Source: Octopus sinensis
Lineage: Eukaryota
Reading direction: 5' to 3'
Length of the DNA stretch: 64,000 nt
Assembly: GCF_006345805.1 (NCBI RefSeq)
Contig: NC_043011.1
Location: 55,812,464 to 55,876,463, forward strand
Part shown: positions 38,846-50,910 of the stretch, one piece after another
How positions within the stretch are numbered: position 1 is the first letter of the stretch
How the letters are laid out: the number at the start of each line of letters is the position of its first letter
Program-made: the position numbers and the translations under genes
Notes under the pieces: model-generated
What the model was told of the DNA's origin: nothing
The model's input: the letters and a program-made list of their open reading frames with translations, nothing else
The model's database searches: none

Positions 38846-41800
38846 AGCAGCAACAACAGTTAGGTGCATTGTTCAAAAGGGACAACATTATGGTCCTAAT
38901 ATGATTCCAGTACCTTAAATCCAAAGATTGGCTCTCCCAAGCTACAGCACTTAAATACTTAAGATTAAATGCAGGAGAATGTATACCCAGCATAGTGACT
39001 TATACAGGAATTTTCATGTTAATACTTCTGATGAGTCGTATGTATGTAGGCTTCTTTATAAAATTTATCACAGATCAAATTATTTTAGAGACTAGCTTGT
39101 AGCCTGGGAGATTAATGTGTTTAGGATTAAATGTCTCATCCATGAACACTGTACAATGCTTGGAAAGGTCTTTTATTTACTTAGACATTTTTTTTTGCTT
39201 GTTTGTTTCCAATAAACTCTATTTCACAGATTAAATTAAATATTTTAGAAAACATAAATATAATTACTTATAAAATGCTAAAAGTTAAAAAGTAGTTATA
39301 TTGATTTCATCAATTAATAAAAATGAAAAGTTTTTTTAATTTTAATAACTACGAAAAAATATTTAATTTATGATTATACAAAATTTTCATGACAATAAAT
39401 CTTTAAATTACCAAATTTTATAAATGATTAAATACACACACACACACACACACACATTAGAATCAAAGGTGTAAATTATTTTCAAGTCCAAACAGAATCA
39501 AACTGGTCATAGCAGTTAGTATCTCCATGCGCAACAAAGTTTAAATCTAAACAAAAAGCAGACTAACTTTCTAAAATACAGAAATATAATATTAATTTTA
39601 TGCAATTAGTAACAGAACAAATTATAAACTTAAGCCAGTCCAGTGACCTGTTACTCTGATGTTCCATGGCATGCAGCCACTTCTGTACAAACTTCAACTA
39701 AAAACAAACTCCATTTAGCTACAAATGTAATTGTTTTTTTTTTTTAACTTAGAAGTAAAATGAAAGCAGCCAATTTTTACCTCCTTTCACTCCAAGAAAA
39801 CCTCCAGATATATTCCCTATAAGGGTAACTACTCATATAGTAAAATGTGACCCCTAACTGGAAGCTATCCAACAAAATATTTCAAAAAGTTAAAACACTT
39901 AAAAATGGTTAGAGGAGAAAATTTCATAGATTTTCAAGATGGAAGTCTGCATTGTAACTTATCAAAAGGTCATACTGGTTTCTAAATACCAGATTCAATA
40001 AGTGTAACGCAAAAATTGTATTCCAGATGAGCAACAACGGCAAATAAGTCTACTTTAATTCCTAATTAGAAATATTAATTTCACCAATGTCCTTAAGAAA
40101 GGTATAACTATCCTACCATAACATTTCTTTCCCTACAATTATAATCCAATGTTTACCAAGGTCCCCTTTCATTATAATACTAAAGGTCATTACATAATTA
40201 TATTTCTTATAACTATATTCATGTAACAGAGCAATTTCCATTCTTTTGAATTCTCTTTATGTGTATCCTTTATTTCATTTATTCCTCTGCAGATGATCCA
40301 TAATTGCTAGTAAAGAAGCAATTTCACATTTCAAATCTAATACTAACAACTATTAAGAAAAATTAGACCACTTAAAGTAAATAAGACCTTTTGTAATCCA
40401 GAACCATAATCATTTTCATTTTAGCCAACACAAAAATAGTCAACAATTTGGTACACAGCCAGTAATAATCCGTAATAAAAACTTTTTGCCTAACTTTAAT
40501 GGTGAGGATTTTTTTTTCCAGTTTCCACATAATACCTTTTTAATTTGACCTCTAAACCCAGCTTCTGAAAGACATTCATTGAATAAAAACTATTTGTGAT
40601 TTGAACATCACTTTAGACCAAAAAGCTTTTATTAATAGTAGTTGTTTCTAGTGAAACTTACAGACAGGTAAAATTTATAAGAAATCTTAACCCATCATAC
40701 AGAACAAATCTGATGAAAGTTAGGAAATGCATAGGGGTACATTGGCATAATGGTAACACACTTGTCATGATAACATGATCTAACTTTTGAAATCTGTTGT
40801 TACTGAACTCCAGAAAACCTTACATAAAGGATGGAATCTTATCATCCAACCCCTCTCCTCCTGAATAGATTTACTATATTGTACGATTCCCTGTTACTGT
40901 ATCAAACATTAGTATCTCAATCACCTCATAGATCTCTTTTGATCATCTTTAAAGATCTAACGATTTTATATTCTATTATCGATTTCAGCCAGAGGTTGTG
41001 TCCATGCAGGAGCACTGCCGTTAAAATTTCTTTATGTCTATTTTCAAATACAAACTATGTATAAAGGAGTGTGTGTAGTATAAGCGTATGTATACATGTA
41101 TGCATGTGAGTGTGTGTGTGTGCGTGTATATACACATACTTGTATATACATATATACACACATATGAAACTACATGTGAATATGTATGTATATATGCAAA
41201 CATAAGAAATAGGTTCTTTTAGATAAAGAGGCTCAAATATCCATTTAATTAGTGTATTTGGCGATGGTGCAAATGGTGAACTGATTTGCTTTGAAAGCAA
41301 AGAAAAACAAAATTACTCTAAGACAATTTAGAACAACAAACAAGATTGCTGTCTTTCCAAGACCAGCCCCCATCACAGAATCCCAGCTTTTCCCGGAAGT
41401 CTGATATTTGGTACAGTCATTCAGTACATCTAAGACTCGCCAGTCTATTGATGCTTATGTCTTGGTAAAATGTCCAAGTAGAACCAGAAATCAATGATGG
41501 CCATATACCCGAGATAGAAAACAGATGAGTGTTATTTAAAGAGACAATATTTCCAAACGAATTTCAAATTTTATGCATCTTTGAATTAGCAATAATTTCA
41601 TTCTTGAGTACAAGGGTGTGCTGGAAGGTTCCTGGTATTGAGGGTATTGCAAAAAACCTGATCGGAGACACAACCTTTTGAGTTCTCTTACAGGGCTTAC
41701 TGAAGGACTGCTGCAATACGTGTGAAATCTGAGAGGGAAATATGTTGAATAAAAGCATAATTAACTGATCCTTCTGCATTTTCTTTTACCCAAAGCTAGG

Positions 41801-41967
41801 AACTTTTTAGCACCCCCTCGTATGAAGTAACGAGTCTATATATAGATTGGAATATGAGAAGTTTTGACAATCATGTTTTCCTGAAAGCAATAAAAAGATA
41901 AATGATACTGGTGCACGTAGCAACAGAACCTAAATATTTTCTAGTCCATTATAATGTTTGTTATGAT

Positions 41968-42486
41968 AATAGTCCTTTCTACTAAAAGCATAAGGCTTGA
42001 AATTTCGGGGAAGAGGCTAGTTGAAACAGCACAGCTCCTTCCATGACTTTCGGAAACATTTTTTCAGGCTGAGAGTTGCTGAAGCATGGAACAAACTGCC
42101 GGCATCAGTTGTTAGTTGTCGGAGCACTGCATCCTTCAAAACTTCCATGCTTCCTGAGATTCCCCAGCACTACACCTGATTTTCTCCCCTCCATACACAT
42201 GCCAGCATGTATCTGACTCATACACTGTTCGCTTTCCAGACATTTGTACATTACTACATATGCTTTATACACACTTTTGACAAGTTGTGGTGCACCTGAG
42301 CACTGTATACAATAATTTCATCATTATTATTATTATTACTATATCAACTCCAATGCTTGATTGCTGCTTAATTTATAGACCCTGAAATGACGGAAGGCAA
42401 TGTCAACCTCAGCAGAATTTGAACTCAGAATGTAATGATGGACAAAATGTCCAGCAGGGCTAACAATTCTGTCCACTTGCCGCTTT
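41968..42486 (-). mobile_element. old SINE A2 split by a CR1 insertion
   Basis: Tail at 41968-42058 and body/head at 42341-42486 are collinear once 42062-42340 is removed. Confidence 0.7.
42062..42340 (+). mobile_element. CR1-group LINE 3' terminus with (ATT)n tail
   Basis: Translates LHDFRKHF/RLRVAEAWNKLPASVVSCRSTASFKTSML, the CR1 'FF..RV...WN.LP..VV...S...FK' C-terminus. Confidence 0.85.
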
Positions 42487-43180
42487 AATAATGATAATAG
42501 TACAAGTAATGAAGCAATCGTTATTTTGACACACGGACACAATATTCGGGGGAGGGGGAGAGCAGTCAATAAGTACAACACAACTTCTTGACTGGGGTTT
42601 GTATTCTTATTTTTTGAATGGCCATTTTGGAAAAGATGAACTTCAAAGTTTTCCTTGGTAGGATCAGAGCAAAACACAACCAGTGAAACTAATACCAGAA
42701 GGCATCAACTCCAATGATCTTTGGAGGATGAGGAAGACGTAGAAAGAAAGGAAGAAGAAAAAAAAAGAAAAGACACGGAATGATAGAAATTTATGATAAA
42801 AGAAGAAAATGCAGGTCATGAATTATTGATTCCAAGTGTATTTTTCGAATTTGGCTGAAAGTGAGCAAAATGTTGCTGCTGAAATCATTGATGTTTATTG
42901 TCTCATCTGAGATATTTTTGTGTAAAGTAAAAGTTTAAGAAGCAACAGAGAGCAAACAAGATTGATGTAGGGGGCTGCTACACTCTATTACAACCAAGTT
43001 GTGAAAATTGAATTTAAACTGAAGACTGAGGTGAGAAAGAAAGTTATTGTCGAATGAGGGAAGAATTAGGAATAACATTAAATCAGTTAAGAGATGAAGA
43101 TGCAATGAAACAGGGGTCAAAGTATGAAAGATGGAAAAGATATGAAATCAGTGCCCAAAAATATTTAATATAAGTACCAA

Positions 43181-43413
43181 AATAATAATAACAATAATCA
43201 TCTTTTCTACTAAAGACACAAGGCCTGAAATTTTGAAGGAGAGGACTTGTTGATTACATTGACCCCAGTATTCAACTGGTACTTATTTTATAGAGCCTGA
43301 AAGGATAAGACACAAAATCAACCTGACAGAATTTGAACTCAAAACATAAAGATAGCGAAAATGCTGCTAAGCATTTTGTCTGTTGCCCCAACGATTCTGC
43401 CAGCTTGCTGCCT
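43181..43413 (-). mobile_element. SINE family A2
   Basis: Diverged reverse complement of the 26578 copy. Confidence 0.82.
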
Positions 43414-44413
43414 TAATACTAATTAATACTAATGATAATTAGTTCCTGATTTAGGCACAAGGCTATCAACCCCAATTCTTGACTGGTGTTTTATTTTAAG
43501 GAACCCAAGATGAAACGCTGACTTAAATGGATTTGAACTCAGATGATAAAGGAATGTAACTAAACACCACAAAGTAGTTTATTGCTTTACCAATTCTTTC
43601 AAGCTTTGGTAATAATTATAACTTTTCAGAGTATCACAAGGCCACAAAACTGTAGAAAAGGGTACAGTTAACAAATTGATTTGTGTAACTTGTACTTAAC
43701 AGCAGAATAATGAAAATGTAGAGTAAAATCAAGCTGGGTTTGAACCTCCAATTCCTGTCAATTCATTATTGATAATGATGATTTCATAAATTGACATAAT
43801 TACAGACTAGCAAGGAAGGAGCAGAGCTGAATGAATTAAACCCAGCACCTGTCCAACACATAACATCAACCCCAAAGCCAACGCCGGTAAAATTTAAAAT
43901 TTCTCATACAGAAAATTTTACAAGAAATATATTCATGAAATTAATCATAAAAGATATTTATAGATTTTCATATGGAAACTAATGCAGTCTTATGAAAAAA
44001 AAAAAAAATATATATATATATATACAAAAAATAATCAACATAAAATAAAAAAAGTATATGCATATAAACAATAGTTTGACACACAAAATCAAAAATCAAT
44101 TTAAATATAAACTATTTTATGGTTAAACTTTTAGCAATATAATTTCTTATACATTCATCTATTTTTATATATAGCTACAGAGATAAGTTTGCATTTGAGG
44201 CTTACTTATGATATAATAATACAAAATTAGCAAAATAACTAATTTTACTGAACCTATTTAGCATGTGGAAATAAATAAAACGAGTATCGTAAAAATTATT
44301 TACAATTATAATATCGGTCAGGTGACCTTCTTAGAAAATTTCTGCTAAACTTTTGACAATGCCATCTGATGCTATTTATTGCAACAAAGACAAAATTACT
44401 CAGGTTAACATAC

Positions 44414-44500
44414 CAGATAGAATTCTTTCAAGGCCATTTTTGTTCTATAAATCAATAATATTTCACTGCAATAACAAGACCAATATTTCTATAAATCTCC
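44414..44500 (-). other. candidate alternative first coding exon (MALKEFYL, phase 0)
   Basis: AAAATGG start context at 44437, 8 codons to CTG|gtatgt, possible acceptor gtgtttcag| near 44501, in-frame-independent upstream stops; could be chance. Confidence 0.3.
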
Positions 44501-46500
44501 TGAAACACTTTGAATTCCTTTCAAATTTGTTGAATTCATTTCATATCTAATTTGCAACGAATTCATTTGTGCAATTTGCTCTTCATGTGTGTTTTAAAAG
44601 GTTTAGTGGTGCAGTTCATAGCCTAAGCAGCAATGTTATGAACAATACACAATGATGATGAAGACTATATCAGGCAGGTTGCCAAAAAATAGTTGCTATT
44701 CTTATCCAAACACTAATTCCTGTTTACAATTTCAGTAGACCAACTTGACTGCTGTATATACTTTACACTTTCTAGCTTCTCTTCCATTTTTATACTCTAA
44801 ATCATAGCAGTTACTGCCAAAATACTTGATAAATTTTCATACATTTAAAGCTATTTCTTTTCATTCTTAAAACGATGGACTAAGAATGCAGATCTATTTT
44901 CTTCCTTGATTGTATTGACTGCTGGTCTTCATAAATTTAATTGTTCTTATAATTTATGGATCCTAAAAGGATGAAAGCTTACATTCACTATGATAATATC
45001 TAGCAGCCTAATGAGAAGAAAGCTACCAAACGGTAAACAGCAAATGTTGGTTAATAAAACTTCTCAGCTTACACAACAGTAAAAGTAGTTTCGACAAGCA
45101 GAGATGCAACCTAAAGGTTTTCTTTTACAGTCAGAGAAAAGACCTGACACATCTCAGGCTTTTCATTTCCTTTTTTATTAGACTTATACCAAGAAAATGT
45201 TTTTAAAAAATTCTATTTGATGGAATTTTCAGACTATTGGCTTTCCATATGTAATAGATAAAAGTCACATTTAGTTGCCTGTAGCTTTTATAATTCTCAG
45301 CTGGGTTATTTGCAATTGATGTGTGTGTGTGTGTGTGTGTGTGTATAGACACCAATTTAGAAAAGTTATTCCCACTAAGCTAGTTCTTACTTTGATTTTA
45401 CCATTCATAAAAAAAAAAGGTTTGTTGCCACGGTTCTCCCTTTTCACCTGGTCTTTCAGATGCAAAGATAGCTTGCAAACTCTTAATTAAAATACAGCAT
45501 ATAGAAATATCAGTTATAAATTTTTGACGAGTAGAGTAATGGCAATGTGTTCTGAAATGGATTTTAAATTTGATTAGGCTCCCTGGAGTCTGCCCGCAAA
45601 AATAAATGTAGTGTGATTAAATGGAAGGCAGGAGAGGTGATAAAAGTAGCAAGAAACAAGTGAAATAGTGGGGGTTACATAGGACAGACCACAGAAAAAA
45701 AAGGTTTGAAAGTTGCGATAGATCATAAGAAGCTGACAATTTTTCATTTTATTAGATTGAAGCTGTTTGTGTTCTTTAACCAGGGTGTTTTTAAAAAAAC
45801 CTTTGTTTGGTAAATCAATCTTTGTATTTGTATCAACTTTCCAATCAATCAGTGTCATCTGATTTATAAAAGAGATTTTCAAAAAAGTCATTTTTATCTC
45901 ATTCCACACCAATACATTTTGACTAGTGTCTTCAACTTGGTTAAAACATTCTGGTGGCTGTTGTCCTCTCCAATCTTCTTCAGGTACCAGTTGTATTCAG
46001 TACTGTTCTCAGAATTTTGAACTATTCTCCCACATTTGATATGCAGTTCATGGTGGAGAAAGAAATAGGGTGGGGTATTGAATAAAGATTTAGTAAGAAA
46101 TTCTGAGAATGTTGCCAAATACGACAGGCATCTAAAGAATGCTGGAGGGTACAACACCCAAAAAGCTGTAATGCTAACAACCAATGTGAGGATATGATTG
46201 TGAGAATATATGAATGCATAATAATGATAATTCCCCATCTCAGAAATTCTGGATTATGATAAATAAATATTTAAGCTGAAAGACTTGTATGAAGCCTACC
46301 CTACAAAGGGGATCCATTATTGCTGAGAAAATGTAGTGAAAAGTTTCCAAGATGTTTAACCAAAGTATGCAAGAAAAAAAAAGGCTATGTTCTTGCAGAA
46401 CATTGGAAATGAATGATGCTGCTTGTATGACAATCATTTTACAACTGTCATGCAATGCCAAGACAAGGAGACACTATCAGACACATACACACACACACAC

Positions 46501-46672
46501 ACACACACATGATGGGCTTGTACAGTTTCCATCTACCAGATTCACTCACAAGGCATTGCTCTACTCTGGGGCTATGGAAGAAGACATGCTCAAGGTGCTG
46601 CATGGTGAGACTGAACCTGAAACCATGAGCTTGCAAAGTAAGCATCTTAACCACACAGCCAAGCCTGCACCT
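46501..46672 (-). mobile_element. SINE family C, 5' half
   Basis: Reverse complement of the C head (ttaaccacacagcc...agaagac...ctacca). Confidence 0.78.
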
Positions 46673-46727
46673 TTATGAAAATATACAAAATATTTACTAT
46701 ATTTCTCAATAATATATATAAATATGT

Positions 46728-46970
46728 GGAGGTGCAATGGCCCAGTGGTTACGGAAGTGGACTTCCGGTTGTAGGATTGCGGTTTCAATTCCCATACCGG
46801 GCGTCGTGAGCGTTTATTGAGCGAAAACACCTAAAAGCTCCACGAAGCTCCGGCAGGGGGGGGGGGGCAATCCCTGCTGTACTCTTTTGCCACAGCTTTC
46901 TCCCACTCTTCCTTCTGTTGACCTGCTCACTTAGCCAGCGGGGTGGCGTCATATGAAGGCTAAAACAATA
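46728..46970 (+). mobile_element. SINE family D variant (same head, different short tail)
   Basis: The first ~170 bp match the D copies; it then ends cctgctcacttagccagcggggtggcgtcatatgaaggctaaaacaat. Confidence 0.85.
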
Positions 46971-47243
46971 TATATTATATATAGTTGTTATGGCTGGTCA
47001 GAGAGTTACCATTGGTTTCATGTCAATTATTGCTCTTAGCAACGTAGGCCACTCATCAGACCTACTGGCTGGAGTCACATAACATCTTTACTAATCAAGG
47101 CAAGAGTACACTCTTTGTCAGTGAGAAAGAACCCTAAAATAAATCTCTTCAAAGCAAAAAAACCTCTTTTGGGCGAGATAGAGTTATCGCCCTTGGAACA
47201 ATTCCCATTGTGCCCAAAACATCAGTTTATGTACCTCTATATA

Positions 47244-47649
47244 TCATCATCATCATTTAACGTCCGTTTTCCATGCTAGCATGGGTTGGACGGTTCGACC
47301 GGGGTCTGGAAGCCATGGAGGCTGCACCAGGCTCTAGCCTGATTTGGCAGTGTTTCTACAGCTGGATGCCCTTCCTAACGCCAACCACTATGTGAGTGTA
47401 GTGGGTACTTTTTACGTGCCACCGGCACAGGTGCCAGGGGAGTCTGGCAGCGGCCACGATCGGTTGGTGCTTTTTACGTGCCACCGGCACAGAAGCCAGT
47501 CAAGGCGCCGCTGGCATCGGCCACGTTCGAATGGTGCTTTTTACAGGCCACCGGTACAGGTATCACAACTACAATTTCCATTTGATATTTATTTTGATAT
47601 TGATGTACTTGACTCAATAGGTCTCCTCAAGCACAGCAGGTCACCCTAA
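47244..47649 (-). mobile_element. family-B RTE 3'-UTR copy, long
   Basis: (CAT)n start, conserved core, three modules and an extended upstream part. Confidence 0.92.
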
Positions 47650-48954
47650 ATATCTGAATATATTGTATCCTGAAGGCATGAATGCAGAGCATCTTAAAGT
47701 ATAAAAAATCTAATAAAAAAAAATTGTGGGGTGGGGAACTTTTCTTGTATCAATAAATCTTTCTGAAAAAGAGAAAAACTCTCACATCACAGTACCCTGT
47801 CTGAGAAAGAACATATTTCTATATACATTTACCAACAGATCCTTATAACATTCATTTCAGGAGGATCCATTAAGCAAATAAATATACACAACTTAATTAT
47901 CCAGTTATTGCATATATTATTACAACAAATAAGGACAAAACTATAAAAAATTGAATTGACACCATACAACAGTAATGAGCTAACACTAAAACACCGACTC
48001 ACAACACCACAACACTGGAAACAATTGACACCAGACAACAATAAAGAGCCAACAACACCACATATGAAGAAAAAAAAAGACAAAAACAAAGAAACCAGTG
48101 CTCCAAAGAAATCTTTTCAGGTGGAAATCAGTGTTTGTGATATGAAGAAATATGAAGTGAAGAAAATGTCTTAAAACTAAACTTGAAACTAAGTAAAAAT
48201 AAAGATGTTCTTTCCAACAGAAATAGTTTAGAATGTAAGGAATTGGATAGATTCTCTTGTTGGTTTGATATTATAACAATTATTTCATCTTACAGAAAAT
48301 ACAAATTGAATGGAAAATTCTGATTGAAATCTTCAGTATATCTATAGTTAGAGATAAATATGACATCGTTCTAAGACTATGTGATTACTGAAGGAATCAA
48401 ATACTTTTTATAAATGAAATATTCATTTCATTTATAAAAAAACCTAAAATCAAAAAAAAAAAAATCCTATTATTATTAGCAGCAGCAGCCTCACTCAGAG
48501 CCTGAGCATGAACCAAGACAAAAGAAATATGACTAAGTTAAATTCCTCAAAATAATTTTAACATTGTGATTACAAAGGAAACATTATAGAAAGTTGGAAG
48601 ACAAAGTTTTATTGAACATGAAACTATCAGCCAGGGAAGTGCTAGAGACAGAAAATATGAAATACAGAGGGTTTGCAAGGCAAATCGTTCTGCCATGAAA
48701 GTCTTGTCAACAAGAGCCATCATCTTAGAGGAAGAAAACAGATCAGAAAATATAAATATTTCAACTCAATTTTTTCAAAAATAATTAGAATATAGTAAAC
48801 TGTTAGGTATGATATCTATCTACCTATATAAATTCAACTTTTGATGAAAGTAAACAAAGTTTGCTTTAGAAGCATTTAGATGTATTGAAAGATACAGAAA
48901 TAATTTATTCTCAAATGCGTGATAATGCAAATATATATATATATATATATATAT

Positions 48955-49147
48955 TTGCATTATGATAGATCATTAGCCACTACACACATTTTTTTCTCTC
49001 CTTGTTTTTTCTGTGTCCCTTTCTGTAGAAGAGCGTAGGCTCGAAACATAAAAGACTTTTTCTATTCCTGAGCGTTATACTAATACATCTGTTTGTTTTG
49101 TAAATCACCTGTCTTTGTCTTTTGTTTTTTTCGTAAACTCTCCCTAT
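48955..49147 (+). mobile_element. Penelope-like (pseudo-LTR type) repeat with a decayed hammerhead
   Basis: Non-coding T-rich block containing cttt-CTGTAGA-a-gagc-gtag-gctc-GAAAC-ata-aaag; flanked by (TA)n. Confidence 0.55.
49019..49054 (+). ncRNA. minimal hammerhead ribozyme-like motif, probably inactive
   Basis: Stem I cttt/aaag and stem II gagc/gctc are intact. Core is CUGUAGA (A6 to U), and ACAU replaces the palindromic ACGU. Confidence 0.45.
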
Positions 49148-49148
49148 A

Positions 49149-49198
<50 letters not shown>

Positions 49199-49350
49199 CA
49201 GTTGCGGCCAAAATGTTCAGAACGGCATTGCTTTCGCCAGAAAAGTAGGTATAAGTTTTTATTAAAGTTGTTTTATATTCTGTAATTTTCACAGACAATA
49301 AATACGATATTAATTGTTATTGTCTGAGATTTTGGTGTAATTTGAGAGGA
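49199..49350 (+). mobile_element. probable Tc1/mariner terminal fragment
   Basis: TA followed by cagttgcggccaaaatgtt, a typical Tc1 TIR start; no partner TIR found. Confidence 0.5.
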
Positions 49351-49968
49351 TAATACAAAAGTTATGGATGATTTAGTGAAAAATGTTGGTTATATATATA
49401 TATATAAATGTTGGTTATATATATATATATATATATATAGCGAATGTAACTATTACTAGCTGCTTTTGTTTCAATTATTATTTTTTTTTTGATGATGACA
49501 AAATATTTTGGGGTATAACTACATCTCATTCACAATGGTACTTGCATCAGAGAATTGATCAGGTGCATAAAACAAGGAAATTATTGTGAATTAAGACAAA
49601 GCTTCAAGTTAGTATAAAATTTAACTTTCATTTTAAAATCTGAAGTGAACCAAAACCAGCAAACAGTTATTAGCCCAAACTAGTTATTAACCAAGCCTTT
49701 CGAAGAATATTTTTACCAGATTAAGATTCTAACTAATTAAGCAATTTAACAGAAAACTGGAAGCAATTAATAAAAACAAGCTGGTGCTACCAGAATTATG
49801 CTTTGATATGTAGGCCTTTTTGTTACCTTATTTTTGCTGACATGAAATTTTCATGGAAGGTTTTAATTTGGTTCACTTTAAAACAAAAATTTAGTAACAC
49901 TGAAGTGGCAAAGGAGCTTCCAAAGAGAACAAAACTAAATATCAAAAATATCTTTACGTCCAACTTAC

Positions 49969-50910
49969 CGTGAATGTTTTGTTAGAACACCGAATACTCC
50001 AGTGTTCTCACAAAACATCCACACAAAGATTGCCTCTTAATACATATACTGCTTCTGATGGTATTAATTATTTTTTAATAAACCTGCTCGTTACTTGCAA
50101 TATCAGTGCCTGAAAAGACACTGAAAGTCTATAGATCATTGACAGTAAAATTTGGCTGTTATGTTGCTACTGGGCATCTGCCACTGAGGAGCCCCAAACG
50201 GGACAAAATCCTGTTCCTGCAGCTTAAAGAAGAGGATTCTCGTCTGTCAATGATATAAATACAAGTGCTTTTATGCACCACAAGTCCATATGAGAGGGTC
50301 TCTCTCCGTATATAACACAGTAGTTGGTGTTCTGACAAAACGTCCACATAAAGCTGGACATAAAGTTTGCTGTCTGCTATTAATAGCTTCTGTTGCTGTA
50401 TATTATTTATTAAAAAAATATATTTTCTAAAAAGATTCTTTGCAACAACAGATTATATTTACTCAAATGCCATGTGAACTCATAATGTCGTCACCAAAAA
50501 TCAGTCAAATTTTCTTTTCTTTTCCATTCAAGAATGATGCTATCCCCCACTACACCAATTCTGATCTTGATGTTCTTATATTAAATTTCTCTCATTGTGC
50601 AGCAAACACAAAAAGCTTCCTTTTTCTTCAAAATGCTTCTCAAAGAATATAATAAAACAGGTTTTACCAACTTCCCAACTACAATCAAAGGTTGCACAAA
50701 ATTAAGATTTTCAATGTTTTCTAATGTTTCAAATAAACTGATCGACCCGTTCACTAAAGAACAGGTCTTTTCCTAACATAAAGCCGGCAAATACAATTGA
50801 TGTGATCGAGACTTTAAAGAAATCACCTCATTTTAACGAGGGATTTTTAATTTGAACCAATGGAGCATTCATTTATTGGTGCTTTTTAATGATCAGTTGA
50901 CCAATTTTAA
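49969..50910 (-). promoter_or_regulatory. candidate internal promoter and non-coding first exon
   Basis: CpG-retaining non-repeat region, three CCAAT/ATTGG boxes at ~50858-50905, TCAGT Inr-like motif (A at 50122), donor ACG|gtaagt at 49968. Confidence 0.35.

Noticed and set aside
39026-39056. ctgatgagtc...ggc hammerhead-like start
   Set aside because: No downstream GAAA or stem III.
49382-49440. Tandem duplication aaatgttggtt(at)n x2
   Set aside because: Ordinary slippage next to a microsatellite.
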